The position numbers were made by a program, and so were the translations under genes. The notes beneath the pieces are model-generated. The model searched no databases. It saw only the letters and a program-made list of their open reading frames with translations, and was not told the origin of the DNA. From sequence record PV730299.1: a DNA stretch of 64,000 nt; one strand, written 5' to 3'. The DNA comes from a phage. This document shows positions 1 through 9,009 of this stretch, piece by piece (position 1 is the stretch's first letter; each line of letters begins with the position of its first letter).

Positions 1-696
1 TTCTGATACGCCATCGTCTTCACCTTCTCCATTCGGCTCTGCCTGAACGTCGATTACATCTTCTTCGGGATCAGGTCCTTTGGACGCAGCTTTCGCTGCA
101 GCACGTTCTTCAGCACGTTTACGGGCGTCTTCGATGGTCTTCAGTAGATCACGGGAAGACCTGGCCTGTTTACCGACGTTGACCGTGGTTGTGCCATCAG
201 GGGACGTGGTGACCTCGACGGTTGTTTCGTCTCCAGGAGGTGGCTCTCTGTCGCCCGTGACTGCCTTGATAGTTTTCTGGTTCTCCATCAGGTCTTTGTT
301 CAGACCGCGCATGAGTTCACCCAACTCTTTGAAGACTGTGAAAGCACGGGGTGCTTCAGTCGTCGTCGCAAGTTTGGCTGCCTGTCCCATCATGAACATC
401 GTGGCTTCCTGCATGGCATAAGTCGTGTCACGGATGCGTTTGTAGTCGGTGGTGGCATCAGTATCTTCGAAGTCTGGAACCTTAGACTCCTTGGGCTTCA
501 GCTCTTCTGGGTCCAATGAAGGAGGAAACACCACAGGCTCATACCCCGCAGGCTTTTCACTCAACCATTCGCCTGTATCCGGATCGTAATCTTTTCCGGC
601 CATAGGCGAGGTCTTCTCCATGACTTCTTGAGCGACCTCATCCCGCGCTTGGATAGCACTGAGGGTGGATAATAGGCGTTCTGACATAGCACTCAT
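1..696 (-). CDS. hypothetical late protein, N-terminal 232 codons only (gene continues beyond window start)
   Basis: Manual translation of minus strand from ATG at 696 (GGAG RBS, 2 nt after stop of upstream gene) to position 1 found no stop; acidic protein-like sequence; absent from ORF track because no stop lies inside window. Confidence 0.45.
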   Translation of the reverse strand, partial: MSAMSERLLSTLSAIQARDEVAQEVMEKTSPMAGKDYDPDTGEWLSEKPAGYEPVVFPPSLDPEELKPKESKVPDFEDTDATTDYKRIRDTTYAMQEATMFMMGQAAKLATTTEAPRAFTVFKELGELMRGLNKDLMENQKTIKAVTGDREPPPGDETTVEVTTSPDGTTTVNVGKQARSSRDLLKTIEDARKRAEERAAAKAASKGPDPEEDVIDVQAEPNGEGEDDGVSE

Positions 697-698
697 AA

Positions 699-1394
699 TC
701 AATCTCCAGGATGATGTACACCGTCTTTGTCAACACGGAACCACTCCGGCAGTTCCGTCCACGGTGTTTTCAAATCATTAGACATTTCGATAATTATCTC
801 TTTGATCCCGTTAGGATCCCCGCCTCCCTCGTTGTCCACCCAATAGTCATACCCGTAGATGAAGCCGCTCAGCTGGAACATGAAGGAGCAGTCGACGTGT
901 GGTGAATCAGAAGCATCCCCTTCCCAGTTATCGGACATCTGGTGGCTGACCAGTTGGATCTTGATCTTCTGGTCTTGCTGTAGTGTATCGTTGTCCTTGA
1001 TACCACAGTCTAGAGAGGGAGTGAATACCGAATAAACCTGCTCTAGCACCTGTAACATCTCAACCAATTTCTTGGTTCGGATATTGTACTCAAAATCGAT
1101 AATCAGGGGGATTCGCTGCTTCGCCCCTGCTGTTGGTGTCGATTGTCGATTGTGGTACGTCTTCGTCACCTGTTTGTTGATCTCAAACTGACCAAAAGAG
1201 AAGGTCGCAAATGGAAGCATGTTGGACGGCACGTTCCTGTTGAGGTCATTGCGTCTCCCGATGGCCATGTGTAATGGGACTTCCATAAGACCACGCTCTG
1301 TGTTCACCTTCAGATCAGACATAATGGTGGCAAACAGATTGATGTATTTCATCAATGAATCATGGTAGAAGTAATTTTCAAATGGTCTGGCCAT
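699..1394 (-). CDS. hypothetical late protein, 231 aa
   Basis: ORF track; ATG with GGAG RBS; 2-nt spacing to neighbours in minus-strand late operon. Confidence 0.6.
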   Translation of the reverse strand: MARPFENYFYHDSLMKYINLFATIMSDLKVNTERGLMEVPLHMAIGRRNDLNRNVPSNMLPFATFSFGQFEINKQVTKTYHNRQSTPTAGAKQRIPLIIDFEYNIRTKKLVEMLQVLEQVYSVFTPSLDCGIKDNDTLQQDQKIKIQLVSHQMSDNWEGDASDSPHVDCSFMFQLSGFIYGYDYWVDNEGGGDPNGIKEIIIEMSNDLKTPWTELPEWFRVDKDGVHHPGD

Positions 1395-1396
1395 GA

Positions 1397-2047
1397 TTAT
1401 TCTCCAAAGTCGATCTTTATCTTGTCTGTTGCAAGCCCCTTCTCAAGATCATCTGCTAAAGCATTGTCGGTCTGAAGAGAAGAATCCTTGTACACGTCCG
1501 GTTCGTTCTCTTCGTCCAAGATGGACAGACGTTTGTCGATATCGTCGATCTCCGGAACGCCCGTATCGAAGTTTTCGTTGCCGTACTGGAACAACGTGCA
1601 CGGCAGAGAGAACGTATACCATTTGCCAAATTGCATGAAGTCTTCATCGTTGTTCGGGTTGTTGACCTTGAAGATCTTGTTCGCCAGTGGTAGATAGATC
1701 AGGTCACCTTCCTGAGGTTGTTGTTCAAACCCAACACCGTTGCCTATCACCTCGGCAAATCGGCGGCGCGAGATAGAGAACGTCACTTCGTCTTGCAATT
1801 GGATACCCCCAAACTTCTCCCACATCTGGGTGTTGAAGCCCTGATAATCCTGCATGTATGCTTCGATGTCGAACGCCTGATCGAATCTGTGGTTAGCATC
1901 GTTGGTGATAGGAAATTTTTCAACGATGGAACGGGGTATATACTTGATGTCTATCCCGCGCAACTCAATCATTTCCTGTACCAAATCTTCAATCAGCTTC
2001 TGTGTGCCTTGGTGATTGGTGGCGTTGAAATATTTAGAAGTGGCCAT
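1397..2047 (-). CDS. hypothetical late protein, 216 aa
   Basis: ORF track; CTAAATA late-promoter-like motif about 25 nt upstream of ATG. Confidence 0.65.
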   Translation of the reverse strand: MATSKYFNATNHQGTQKLIEDLVQEMIELRGIDIKYIPRSIVEKFPITNDANHRFDQAFDIEAYMQDYQGFNTQMWEKFGGIQLQDEVTFSISRRRFAEVIGNGVGFEQQPQEGDLIYLPLANKIFKVNNPNNDEDFMQFGKWYTFSLPCTLFQYGNENFDTGVPEIDDIDKRLSILDEENEPDVYKDSSLQTDNALADDLEKGLATDKIKIDFGE

Positions 2048-2070
2048 ATCGATACCCTCAATTTTGAAGG

Positions 2071-2077
2071 TATTTAG
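2071..2077 (-). promoter_or_regulatory. late-promoter-like motif CTAAATA
   Basis: About 25 nt upstream of ATG 2047. Confidence 0.45.
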
Positions 2078-2106
2078 TCGAAGTTTATTCTTTTGAGGAA
2101 TAGCTC

Positions 2107-2319
2107 ATGCAAGTGGAAGACATTAAAGAAGTTCGCAGCGGTCGTCGCGTCCGAATCATCTGTGTGGACGCCAAGATTGGAGGTGGTGATTACGACATCG
2201 TCGGTCTGGTGAAAGAAGTAGATGGCACAGACTTCATTGAGTGGTGGAACTCCAAAGACAAGACAGAAGACGGTCTGCTGCGTGGTAGTGGCAACGGAAA
2301 CCTGGATTTGAAAATCTAA
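2107..2319 (+). CDS. small hypothetical protein, 70 aa, opposite-strand gene embedded in late module
   Basis: ATG with GAGGA RBS 8 nt upstream; stop followed immediately by hairpin terminator shared with convergent gene. Confidence 0.4.
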   Translation: MQVEDIKEVRSGRRVRIICVDAKIGGGDYDIVGLVKEVDGTDFIEWWNSKDKTEDGLLRGSGNGNLDLKI

Positions 2320-2321
2320 AA

Positions 2322-2345
2322 GAAGGGCGGGTAATCCCGCCTTTC
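2322..2345. terminator. bidirectional rho-independent terminator
   Basis: Stem GGCGGG/CCCGCC, loop TAAT, T-runs on both strands. Confidence 0.6.
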
Positions 2346-2346
2346 C

Positions 2347-3105
2347 TTATCCCATGTAGAAGTCGATAGGGTACTGCTGGCCAGTGCGCAGTTCTTCCTC
2401 TAAACGCTCGATCTCCGCTTCAGCCTCACTGAACATACTATCGCCATCCAGCTCGATACCGCCAGGGAGACGGATGCCTCTTGCCTTCTTGAGCACTTCT
2501 GCCCAGCGGCGCTTGACCAACGCAGTTGCATATGCCTTCAGCCACATATCATTCCATGCTTCTTCATTACCCTCAACCTCTGGGTCGATGTTCTGGAAGC
2601 ATTTGAACGCCAACACCTCGTCCTTTATCAGGGCGAATTGTGGGTAGAGTTTGCGCTGGAATTTCTTGTAAACGAAGGTGCGCTTCACGTTCAGCACACT
2701 GGTGATGTCAGACAAACGCTGTTGCATTGAAACATAGTCGACCAAGCGGATGGAAACGAGGGCGGCCTTTGGTACCAACATGGCTTGGGCCATCTGCCAT
2801 TGAGGGGTTGCCCAGTTACCGATCGATTCAATCGGAGGGCCAACGATGACTTCAACCACGTCGTCGATGTCTTTGGGGAATTCGATGTAACCATTGGTGA
2901 TAGTTTCTTCAGTCACCTGGTGAACAAAGAATGCGTCCTGACTGCCATCACGATGATACTCCCAAAACTTCTGTAGAGCATCGTCTACAGCATCCGAAAC
3001 TTGCGTTGGGTCAAGGTTGATCTGAATTACAGGTGCCCCCAATTTCTTGAGAATGTAATTCATAAATCCTTTACGATCAACAATAGAATTAACGGCCATT
3101 GCCAT
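2347..3105 (-). CDS. hypothetical late protein, 252 aa (start may be ATG at 3099)
   Basis: ORF track; AAGGGGA RBS better spaced for ATG at 3099. Confidence 0.6.
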   Translation of the reverse strand: MAMAVNSIVDRKGFMNYILKKLGAPVIQINLDPTQVSDAVDDALQKFWEYHRDGSQDAFFVHQVTEETITNGYIEFPKDIDDVVEVIVGPPIESIGNWATPQWQMAQAMLVPKAALVSIRLVDYVSMQQRLSDITSVLNVKRTFVYKKFQRKLYPQFALIKDEVLAFKCFQNIDPEVEGNEEAWNDMWLKAYATALVKRRWAEVLKKARGIRLPGGIELDGDSMFSEAEAEIERLEEELRTGQQYPIDFYMG

Positions 3106-3427
3106 TCCCCTTGTTGCTCTGGATATCAGCGACGGTGATACGTAAAGTGCGAACGTCGTCGGATAGACTGTTGCTATTGAGTTTCAACTCAGCAACGTTC
3201 TGCTTGACGTAGTTAACGTCTGTGTTTAACACAGCAATCTTCTCATTCATATCGTTCACCTTGGTGAGGATTAGGTCGACCTTGTTGGAGTCACGCTCAA
3301 CCACATCAAGGCGATTCTCAAATTTACCCATCATCCAAACAACCGAGCCAACAGAGACTATCGTCGCCGTCAGCACCCCGGTGAGGATCGCTTTCACATC
3401 GATCACAGTGTCAGTTTGGGTTGCCAT
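3089..3427 (-). CDS. small membrane / coiled-coil protein, 113 aa
   Basis: Start placed at internal ATG 3427 with AGGAGG RBS (ORF track extends to 3451); hydrophobic helix then heptad-like segment. Confidence 0.5.
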   Translation of the reverse strand: MATQTDTVIDVKAILTGVLTATIVSVGSVVWMMGKFENRLDVVERDSNKVDLILTKVNDMNEKIAVLNTDVNYVKQNVAELKLNSNSLSDDVRTLRITVADIQSNKGNGNGR

Positions 3428-3659
3428 CTTGGCCTCCTGACGGGAGTTCAATCCCGAGGTGTTCTGCCATGAGTTGTACCATCGCTGTCAGTTGATCTAT
3501 TTGCGCTGCCTGCGCTGCAATAGTTCTGTCCTTTTCTTCCTGATTTCGACGAGCGTTAAGTGCTGCCAAACCGGCAGCATTGTCTGTGCAGATGATAGCC
3601 CCAGGGCAAGAGCTACTTCTCATCATCGATGCATGCCCTTGTACTTTTACACCACGCAT
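3411..3659 (-). CDS. hypothetical protein, 82 aa
   Basis: ORF track; ATG preceded by GAGGA RBS and a GC hairpin. Confidence 0.5.
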   Translation of the reverse strand: MRGVKVQGHASMMRSSSCPGAIICTDNAAGLAALNARRNQEEKDRTIAAQAAQIDQLTAMVQLMAEHLGIELPSGGQDGNPN

Positions 3660-3708
3660 GATAATATCCTCTGTTAATGGCGGGGCAACCCCGCCTTGTT
3701 AATACTAC

Positions 3709-6700
3709 TTATGCCAGAGCAATCAAACGGAAATCTTTGAATGACGGCGGTGCTGTGCGGTTGCCTCTGACCAGCAGGCGGATCTTCAGGCCAACGAAAG
3801 GATTGGTGCTGTCTACAGTCTTGTCATACTCATATTCGAAGAATGTAGAACCGTCATTGACCAGAGGGGATGTCGGTGTCACAGTTTCCCATGCCACATC
3901 ATCCATCTCCTGGCCTGCGCGCAGCAGTTTAACTTGCACAGTCATTGAAGACTGAGAAGGTAGCATCGCGCCGAAGTATTGCTTCAGAGTGGTACAAGGG
4001 TTATCGAATCCGATATCCTTGGTCACATAGCTGAACACATCTTCAAACGGATCCACCCCGTAGGTGTTGAAGATGATAGTGAAATCATCACCGTCGATCA
4101 TTGGAGCCGTGTAGACATTACTCTCGTTGCGAGTCATGGTTGCACGAACCTGGAAGTCGCCCACCTGACGATAGATACCTTCCGTCGGCAGAGGCACGTC
4201 CGTATCGGATTCGAACTCAACCCAATCAGAGAATGAGTTGGAGGTCGCATCGCGATAGCGGTATTCCAGTTTCAACACAGATCCTTCCAGGGCTGAATTG
4301 GTGACGCTTGCGTAGAACATGTCTACCAAGTAGTTGCCTAGGAAAGAAGCCGCTTCACCACCAATCTGACCGTCGGAGTCGGCGTTGGAACTCAGAACGA
4401 ATTTGAACGTCGTGAACGTCGCATCAGTCACAGTGTGTTGAGCGTTCAGTTGCTCAGGAGTGAAACCGCAACCACCCGTCAACCCAGACAGAGTAACACT
4501 TTCACCCGCAGTCAGGCCATGCCCCGGAGCGTACACAGTAACAGTTGAAGAACCGTTGACACATTTCACGGTGTTCAGACCCAGAGGACGGATCTTCGGA
4601 CCGACTTTAGCATCGAAGGTCACGATGTTTGAACCAGCGGAGAAGTTGCAGCGATATACACGGAACTTCATATCGGCAGTCTGGTTTGGAGTCCAGGTCG
4701 TACCATTTGAAGATGTGAAGAACACGCCAGTGTACGGCTGTTTGGCAATGAACTCGTTGGTCAGCAAGTTCTTCTTGCCCATCTCTGCGATGTATGCGTT
4801 GTAGTCCTGAGTGTTGGCCAAGAGAACAATCGCGAACTCAGTCTGTGCCTGCAGATACACAGGATAATCAAACTTGAACATCGTTGGTACAGAAGAGTCT
4901 GTGGAGACGGAAACTTCTGATGGATTCAGAGTCTTACGAGTGACGACAGTCGTCGCTGGCAGACCATTGCTCATCTCGCGGATTTCCAGAGTGATCGGGA
5001 TATCACGGGACTTGGTAGAGAAGAAGACTTCGATGCCTTCGATGTATTCGCCGCCGATATTGGTGGCAACCATGAAGGACTGGGCGATAGGATCTTTCCA
5101 CTTCGCGACTTCAACCGTCTCTGTTTTGTTTTCCGTAGACTTGGTCGCAGTGTATCCCAGGACGCGGGTGTTGACATAAGTCTTCTGGATGCCCTGTTTC
5201 TTGCCGAAGGACTTATGAACAGCCTCAGCATTGGTCAGGGTATCATCAGCAGACTTGCTGTCCACAGGACTGTCAGTCAGACGGAAGACGTTGTCACCCG
5301 TGTTAAACTTGATAGTCTCGTTCTGAGGAACCGCAAACACACCTTTGATGTTGCCGTTGGCATCAGTGTTCAACGCACCACCCAGTACACCACCGTTTGG
5401 GGTACAGTACGCGCTCACATCACGTCCAGAGAAGAACGGATACACACGAGTGAACGGACGCAGCCCTGTGGCTTCGAAGTTGATGTTCGTTTTGCGCATG
5501 TATGGGATTACCTGCGTTTCAACGATCTGCTCGCCAGTCAGGGTAGTGGTCGTCTTGTCGGTGTACGTGTACGTGGTGACGTCACGGGTAGACACAGTCG
5601 TGCGGTAGCGATAGCCCCACCATACACCACCTGCACCATGCGGTTCCCACACACGCTCAGACACGGACACAGTACGCCATGTGCCATACACGGAACCTTC
5701 TTTGATCGCACCACGGGTGTTGATCGTTTCGTTGATCACACGTGGAGTAACATAGTAGTTCTCAAACCAGTAATCAGTAGTCGGGTTCAGCTTCAAGAAG
5801 CCTTCCCAGTTGAACACCGCATACGGGTTCACGTTGATGGTCGTGGTTGCATAGTCCTGGCGGACAGAGATCTCACGGGTGTAGTTGCATACAACCATGC
5901 CATCCTGAACGTTGTTCCAACCGACTGGCGTCAGGTCAATCGCGTTCTGCTGAACAAACGGACGCAGGCGACCATTGTCAGTGTCAATTGAACCCACCCA
6001 GTCTGCAGACAAATCGTCGATCAGACGGAAGTCTTTGAACGGGTCTGCTGCGATACCGTTCTTGAAGCGCGGGTTGCCAGTAATTGGATCGAACACCTGT
6101 TGTGACATCGCCGAGGATTCTAGCTGTGACAGTGAGGTGTAATATTCGACATTGGAGATACGGGTCTCCAGTTTACCGATATCGCGCATCGTGTAGCGGC
6201 GGTTGTCGATAGTACGAATCTGGATGTCGTCAATGTTGGCCGTGTAAGGCGGGATCATCAATTCATACAGGCGCATGCCGTTGTCTGGGATCGCAGGGGA
6301 AGCCAGGTTGTTGGAACTCACACCACGAGCAACGTTGAACACACCGTTGTCTGCCAGATACACAGCATCAATACGAGGCAGATAGTACTCTGCATCTAGG
6401 ATGATCGCGGTATTCGGGCGAACCATGTCCGTGTCCGACGCTCCGCTGGTGATCTTGGGACGGAAGTCCAGACTATCGGCCAACCCATACACAGTACCAG
6501 AACTGGATGAAACATAGTTCGGGATGTCTGGGTAGTTGATGGACGAATAGGAGTCCGCTGTGAAGAAATCACCAGAGCTGTGAGCGAAATACTGATACAC
6601 CACCGTGAACGTCCCTGAAATGGCTCCTGTGGACGATATGAGGTTAGAAAGGTAGTATGCAGCATCACGCTGACCGCCGTCCAGAGTGAAGTTAGAGGTG

Positions 6701-8547
6701 ACGTCAGCGCCATTTGCGTTCTTCACGCTGATCAGCTTGTAACCATCATGGTTCCCAAGTTGTGCGCTGGCTGCCGCAGTAAACGTCACAGTCTCGGTGA
6801 CTTCGGTAACAGTCTTGGTCTTGATCGTCGCTGTGGTGCGGACCATCAATGCCAACAGGTTGATAGACTGGTTGGCGTACCCCGCGCCCAGGGAAATCTG
6901 TAGTGCTGAACCAACCGGAGTACCAGCCAGGGACAGCCCCGAAGAGATATCAAACTGAGCTGCAGTGCCATCTGCTTTCGCTGCGGAGTACAGTGAAAAC
7001 TCAGGGCTGAAGCTGTAACCCAGAGGAGCGGAGATTGAGCCTGCACCAGCGGCGTTCAACGTGATCTTGTTTGACCGCAGGACAGTGTAGTTGATGTCGA
7101 TGGTGCCTGTAGGTGCTAGAGTCTTCACACCAAATACAGGCAGAGGGAAGATCAGGTCAATTGCTGAACTCTGACTGAACTGATTGGACTCCAGTTCGCA
7201 GGAGAACATCGTTGTACCGCTTTCTTCATAAGCGACTTTGGTCACCGTGCCCATGTCCCCAGTCACAACCAGGTCGCGCATATACAGACGGAATTCAGTA
7301 CCAGAGCGCTCTGCCGAAATCAGCAGGGCGGTGGCCTGCACATCGCTGGATGCGTTCAGGAACTTGTAGCGGATTGTGCGGGAGACAACCGGAACCCCTT
7401 TGGAGTTCTTGGACACCAGATAGTTGCCAGTCGAAACAGCCACAGGGTTGTTGTTCAGGATATCAGTGTCACGGGCTTTGTCAATTATGACCAGCTCTTC
7501 GCCGAGGTTTTCGATACGACGACCACGAACGTAGGAAATGCCTGGCTTCATAACCGCCACGAATTTGCTTTCGTCGCCACCTTCGGCCGGAGTGTATACG
7601 CCACCGTTGTTGTTCTCTTTCAGATGTTCGCGCAGGTCGATCTGGTGAGTAGAGACGTTGTAATCCCCGTTGGTCTCATAGGTACGCTGAGCCATGGCGT
7701 CTTCGAGGATGTTGTACGTTGACTGGGTGACCATGGACTGAATGCGACCGTCTTTCACCTTCGCCAGTTCAACGAAGTCGGCCACTTCTTCATCATAACC
7801 GTAGCGAGACAACACGAGGTCGACGCGCAGGCGATGCGCACCAGGGGCTTTAGAGTTCGGAGTACCCTGAGCATTGGAGAACAGACTTTCATCTTCTGCT
7901 TCGGTCACGATTGTTTCTGTCACTTTGAAGCCAATGCGGTGAGATGTAGAGTTCGATGCGTTGTCTACGATCAGAGTGGCTGGTTCAACATCCAGGAACA
8001 TACCACGAACGAAATAAACACCCTTTGTCATGCGAGCGACAATCGAACCGCCAACAGTATCGGCCACACCATAGCCGACACGGATGAAGTTATCGTTCAC
8101 GTCATAGGTGTTGAAGTATAGATTGTCACCAGCTTCGAAACCGTCTGAACTACCACTCTCAGTCATCTCTAAGATGGCATACATTGTATCCGGCTCAGCT
8201 GGATAACGTTCCAAGGACAGGACGCGTGCTTTCGCATTGTTGTCCTTGCCCAGAACATAGAGTTCGGAGATACCTTCCAGATCAGTGAACTCACTACCAC
8301 CAGCCAGAGTGAACTTCATGGACACAGCAGTATTGGTGATCGTTAGGCCGCCGGGGATAACCATTGAACCGTCTTTGAACAGATGGTTGCCAAGTTTCTC
8401 CAGTTGATCCTGGAAGATGGTCTGCATCTGGTTCAGTTCACGCGTCTGAACTTTGATAGGTGCCGGACGGAATAGGATGCGCGAAAAACGCTTCTCTGGA
8501 TTCCAGTCATCCCAATATGGGCGGCGATTGAGGTTCATTTCTTGCAT
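3709..8547 (-). CDS. large late structural protein, about 1612 aa, function unknown
   Basis: ORF track start 8595 is TTG; first in-frame ATG at 8547 has GGAG RBS and a CTAAATA-like motif about 35 nt upstream; Thr/Ser/Gly-rich composition. Confidence 0.7.
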   Translation of the reverse strand: MQEMNLNRRPYWDDWNPEKRFSRILFRPAPIKVQTRELNQMQTIFQDQLEKLGNHLFKDGSMVIPGGLTITNTAVSMKFTLAGGSEFTDLEGISELYVLGKDNNAKARVLSLERYPAEPDTMYAILEMTESGSSDGFEAGDNLYFNTYDVNDNFIRVGYGVADTVGGSIVARMTKGVYFVRGMFLDVEPATLIVDNASNSTSHRIGFKVTETIVTEAEDESLFSNAQGTPNSKAPGAHRLRVDLVLSRYGYDEEVADFVELAKVKDGRIQSMVTQSTYNILEDAMAQRTYETNGDYNVSTHQIDLREHLKENNNGGVYTPAEGGDESKFVAVMKPGISYVRGRRIENLGEELVIIDKARDTDILNNNPVAVSTGNYLVSKNSKGVPVVSRTIRYKFLNASSDVQATALLISAERSGTEFRLYMRDLVVTGDMGTVTKVAYEESGTTMFSCELESNQFSQSSAIDLIFPLPVFGVKTLAPTGTIDINYTVLRSNKITLNAAGAGSISAPLGYSFSPEFSLYSAAKADGTAAQFDISSGLSLAGTPVGSALQISLGAGYANQSINLLALMVRTTATIKTKTVTEVTETVTFTAAASAQLGNHDGYKLISVKNANGADVTSNFTLDGGQRDAAYYLSNLISSTGAISGTFTVVYQYFAHSSGDFFTADSYSSINYPDIPNYVSSSSGTVYGLADSLDFRPKITSGASDTDMVRPNTAIILDAEYYLPRIDAVYLADNGVFNVARGVSSNNLASPAIPDNGMRLYELMIPPYTANIDDIQIRTIDNRRYTMRDIGKLETRISNVEYYTSLSQLESSAMSQQVFDPITGNPRFKNGIAADPFKDFRLIDDLSADWVGSIDTDNGRLRPFVQQNAIDLTPVGWNNVQDGMVVCNYTREISVRQDYATTTINVNPYAVFNWEGFLKLNPTTDYWFENYYVTPRVINETINTRGAIKEGSVYGTWRTVSVSERVWEPHGAGGVWWGYRYRTTVSTRDVTTYTYTDKTTTTLTGEQIVETQVIPYMRKTNINFEATGLRPFTRVYPFFSGRDVSAYCTPNGGVLGGALNTDANGNIKGVFAVPQNETIKFNTGDNVFRLTDSPVDSKSADDTLTNAEAVHKSFGKKQGIQKTYVNTRVLGYTATKSTENKTETVEVAKWKDPIAQSFMVATNIGGEYIEGIEVFFSTKSRDIPITLEIREMSNGLPATTVVTRKTLNPSEVSVSTDSSVPTMFKFDYPVYLQAQTEFAIVLLANTQDYNAYIAEMGKKNLLTNEFIAKQPYTGVFFTSSNGTTWTPNQTADMKFRVYRCNFSAGSNIVTFDAKVGPKIRPLGLNTVKCVNGSSTVTVYAPGHGLTAGESVTLSGLTGGCGFTPEQLNAQHTVTDATFTTFKFVLSSNADSDGQIGGEAASFLGNYLVDMFYASVTNSALEGSVLKLEYRYRDATSNSFSDWVEFESDTDVPLPTEGIYRQVGDFQVRATMTRNESNVYTAPMIDGDDFTIIFNTYGVDPFEDVFSYVTKDIGFDNPCTTLKQYFGAMLPSQSSMTVQVKLLRAGQEMDDVAWETVTPTSPLVNDGSTFFEYEYDKTVDSTNPFVGLKIRLLVRGNRTAPPSFKDFRLIALA

Positions 8548-8581
8548 TTTGATGCTCCATCGATAGGTGCCATTATAGAGA

Positions 8582-8588
8582 TATTTAG
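8582..8588 (-). promoter_or_regulatory. late-promoter-like motif (ACTAAATA)
   Basis: About 35 nt upstream of ATG 8547. Confidence 0.45.
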
Positions 8589-8605
8589 TATACAACCAAC
8601 CGAGG

Positions 8606-8633
8606 AATAGAAAGAAATAAGCCCGAAGGGGCT
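8606..8633 (-). terminator. hairpin with U-tract on minus strand
   Basis: Stem AGCCC/GGGCT, loop GAAG, then TATTTCTTTC on minus strand. Confidence 0.35.
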
Positions 8634-8653
8634 TTGATTATCTTTCTGCGGTT

Positions 8654-8959
8654 ATGGTCATGGATTCGAGACCTCCGCATTCTTCAGGAACTATTGCAGG
8701 GGGTGCTGGTACAGCAAGAGAGTGGAGAACACAAACAAGACGAACCAATGGAATTACAGTAGTAGGTTCAGATGCTAGTGTTAAGGTACAGGGAACAGAC
8801 ATTGCTAACAGAGATAATGTATTAGCCACATACACACTTGGTTCAACCGATCCTTTCATGGTGAATGGTATTCAACTGGGTATGTTTAATATATCTGGCC
8901 AAGTAATTACTCTAACGGCAGTATCGGTTAGGGTAATACAAACAGTAAACTCTATATAA
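8654..8959 (+). CDS. possible small protein (101 aa) inside intergenic repeat copy 1; may be non-functional
   Basis: Only intact ORF among three homologous intergenic segments; copies 2 and 3 are frameshifted or truncated; no clear RBS. Confidence 0.25.
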   Translation: MVMDSRPPHSSGTIAGGAGTAREWRTQTRRTNGITVVGSDASVKVQGTDIANRDNVLATYTLGSTDPFMVNGIQLGMFNISGQVITLTAVSVRVIQTVNSI

Positions 8960-8970
8960 GAAATATTATT

Positions 8971-9004
8971 AATAAACAAAAGCTAACCCCGCAGAAGCGG
9001 GGTT
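8971..9004 (-). terminator. rho-independent terminator after the 733-aa tailspike gene
   Basis: 8-bp stem AACCCCGC/GCGGGGTT, loop AGAA, U-tracts on both strands. Confidence 0.65.
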
Positions 9005-9009
9005 ATGTT

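Larger units (their letters stand above)
8596..9009. repeat. inter-tailspike repeat segment, copy 1 (intact small ORF)
   Basis: 8735-8960 aligns by eye with 13637-13838 and partly with 16318-16430. Confidence 0.7.

Noticed and set aside
80-421. 113-aa plus-strand ORF at window start
   Set aside because: Antisense to a continuous minus-strand open frame (1-696) that has an RBS and protein-like sequence; no RBS of its own
5215-5991. 258-aa plus-strand ORF, plus many other 60-180-aa ORFs inside 3709-8547
   Set aside because: All lie antisense within the 1612-aa gene; Arg/Ser/Cys-rich composition typical of shadow ORFs
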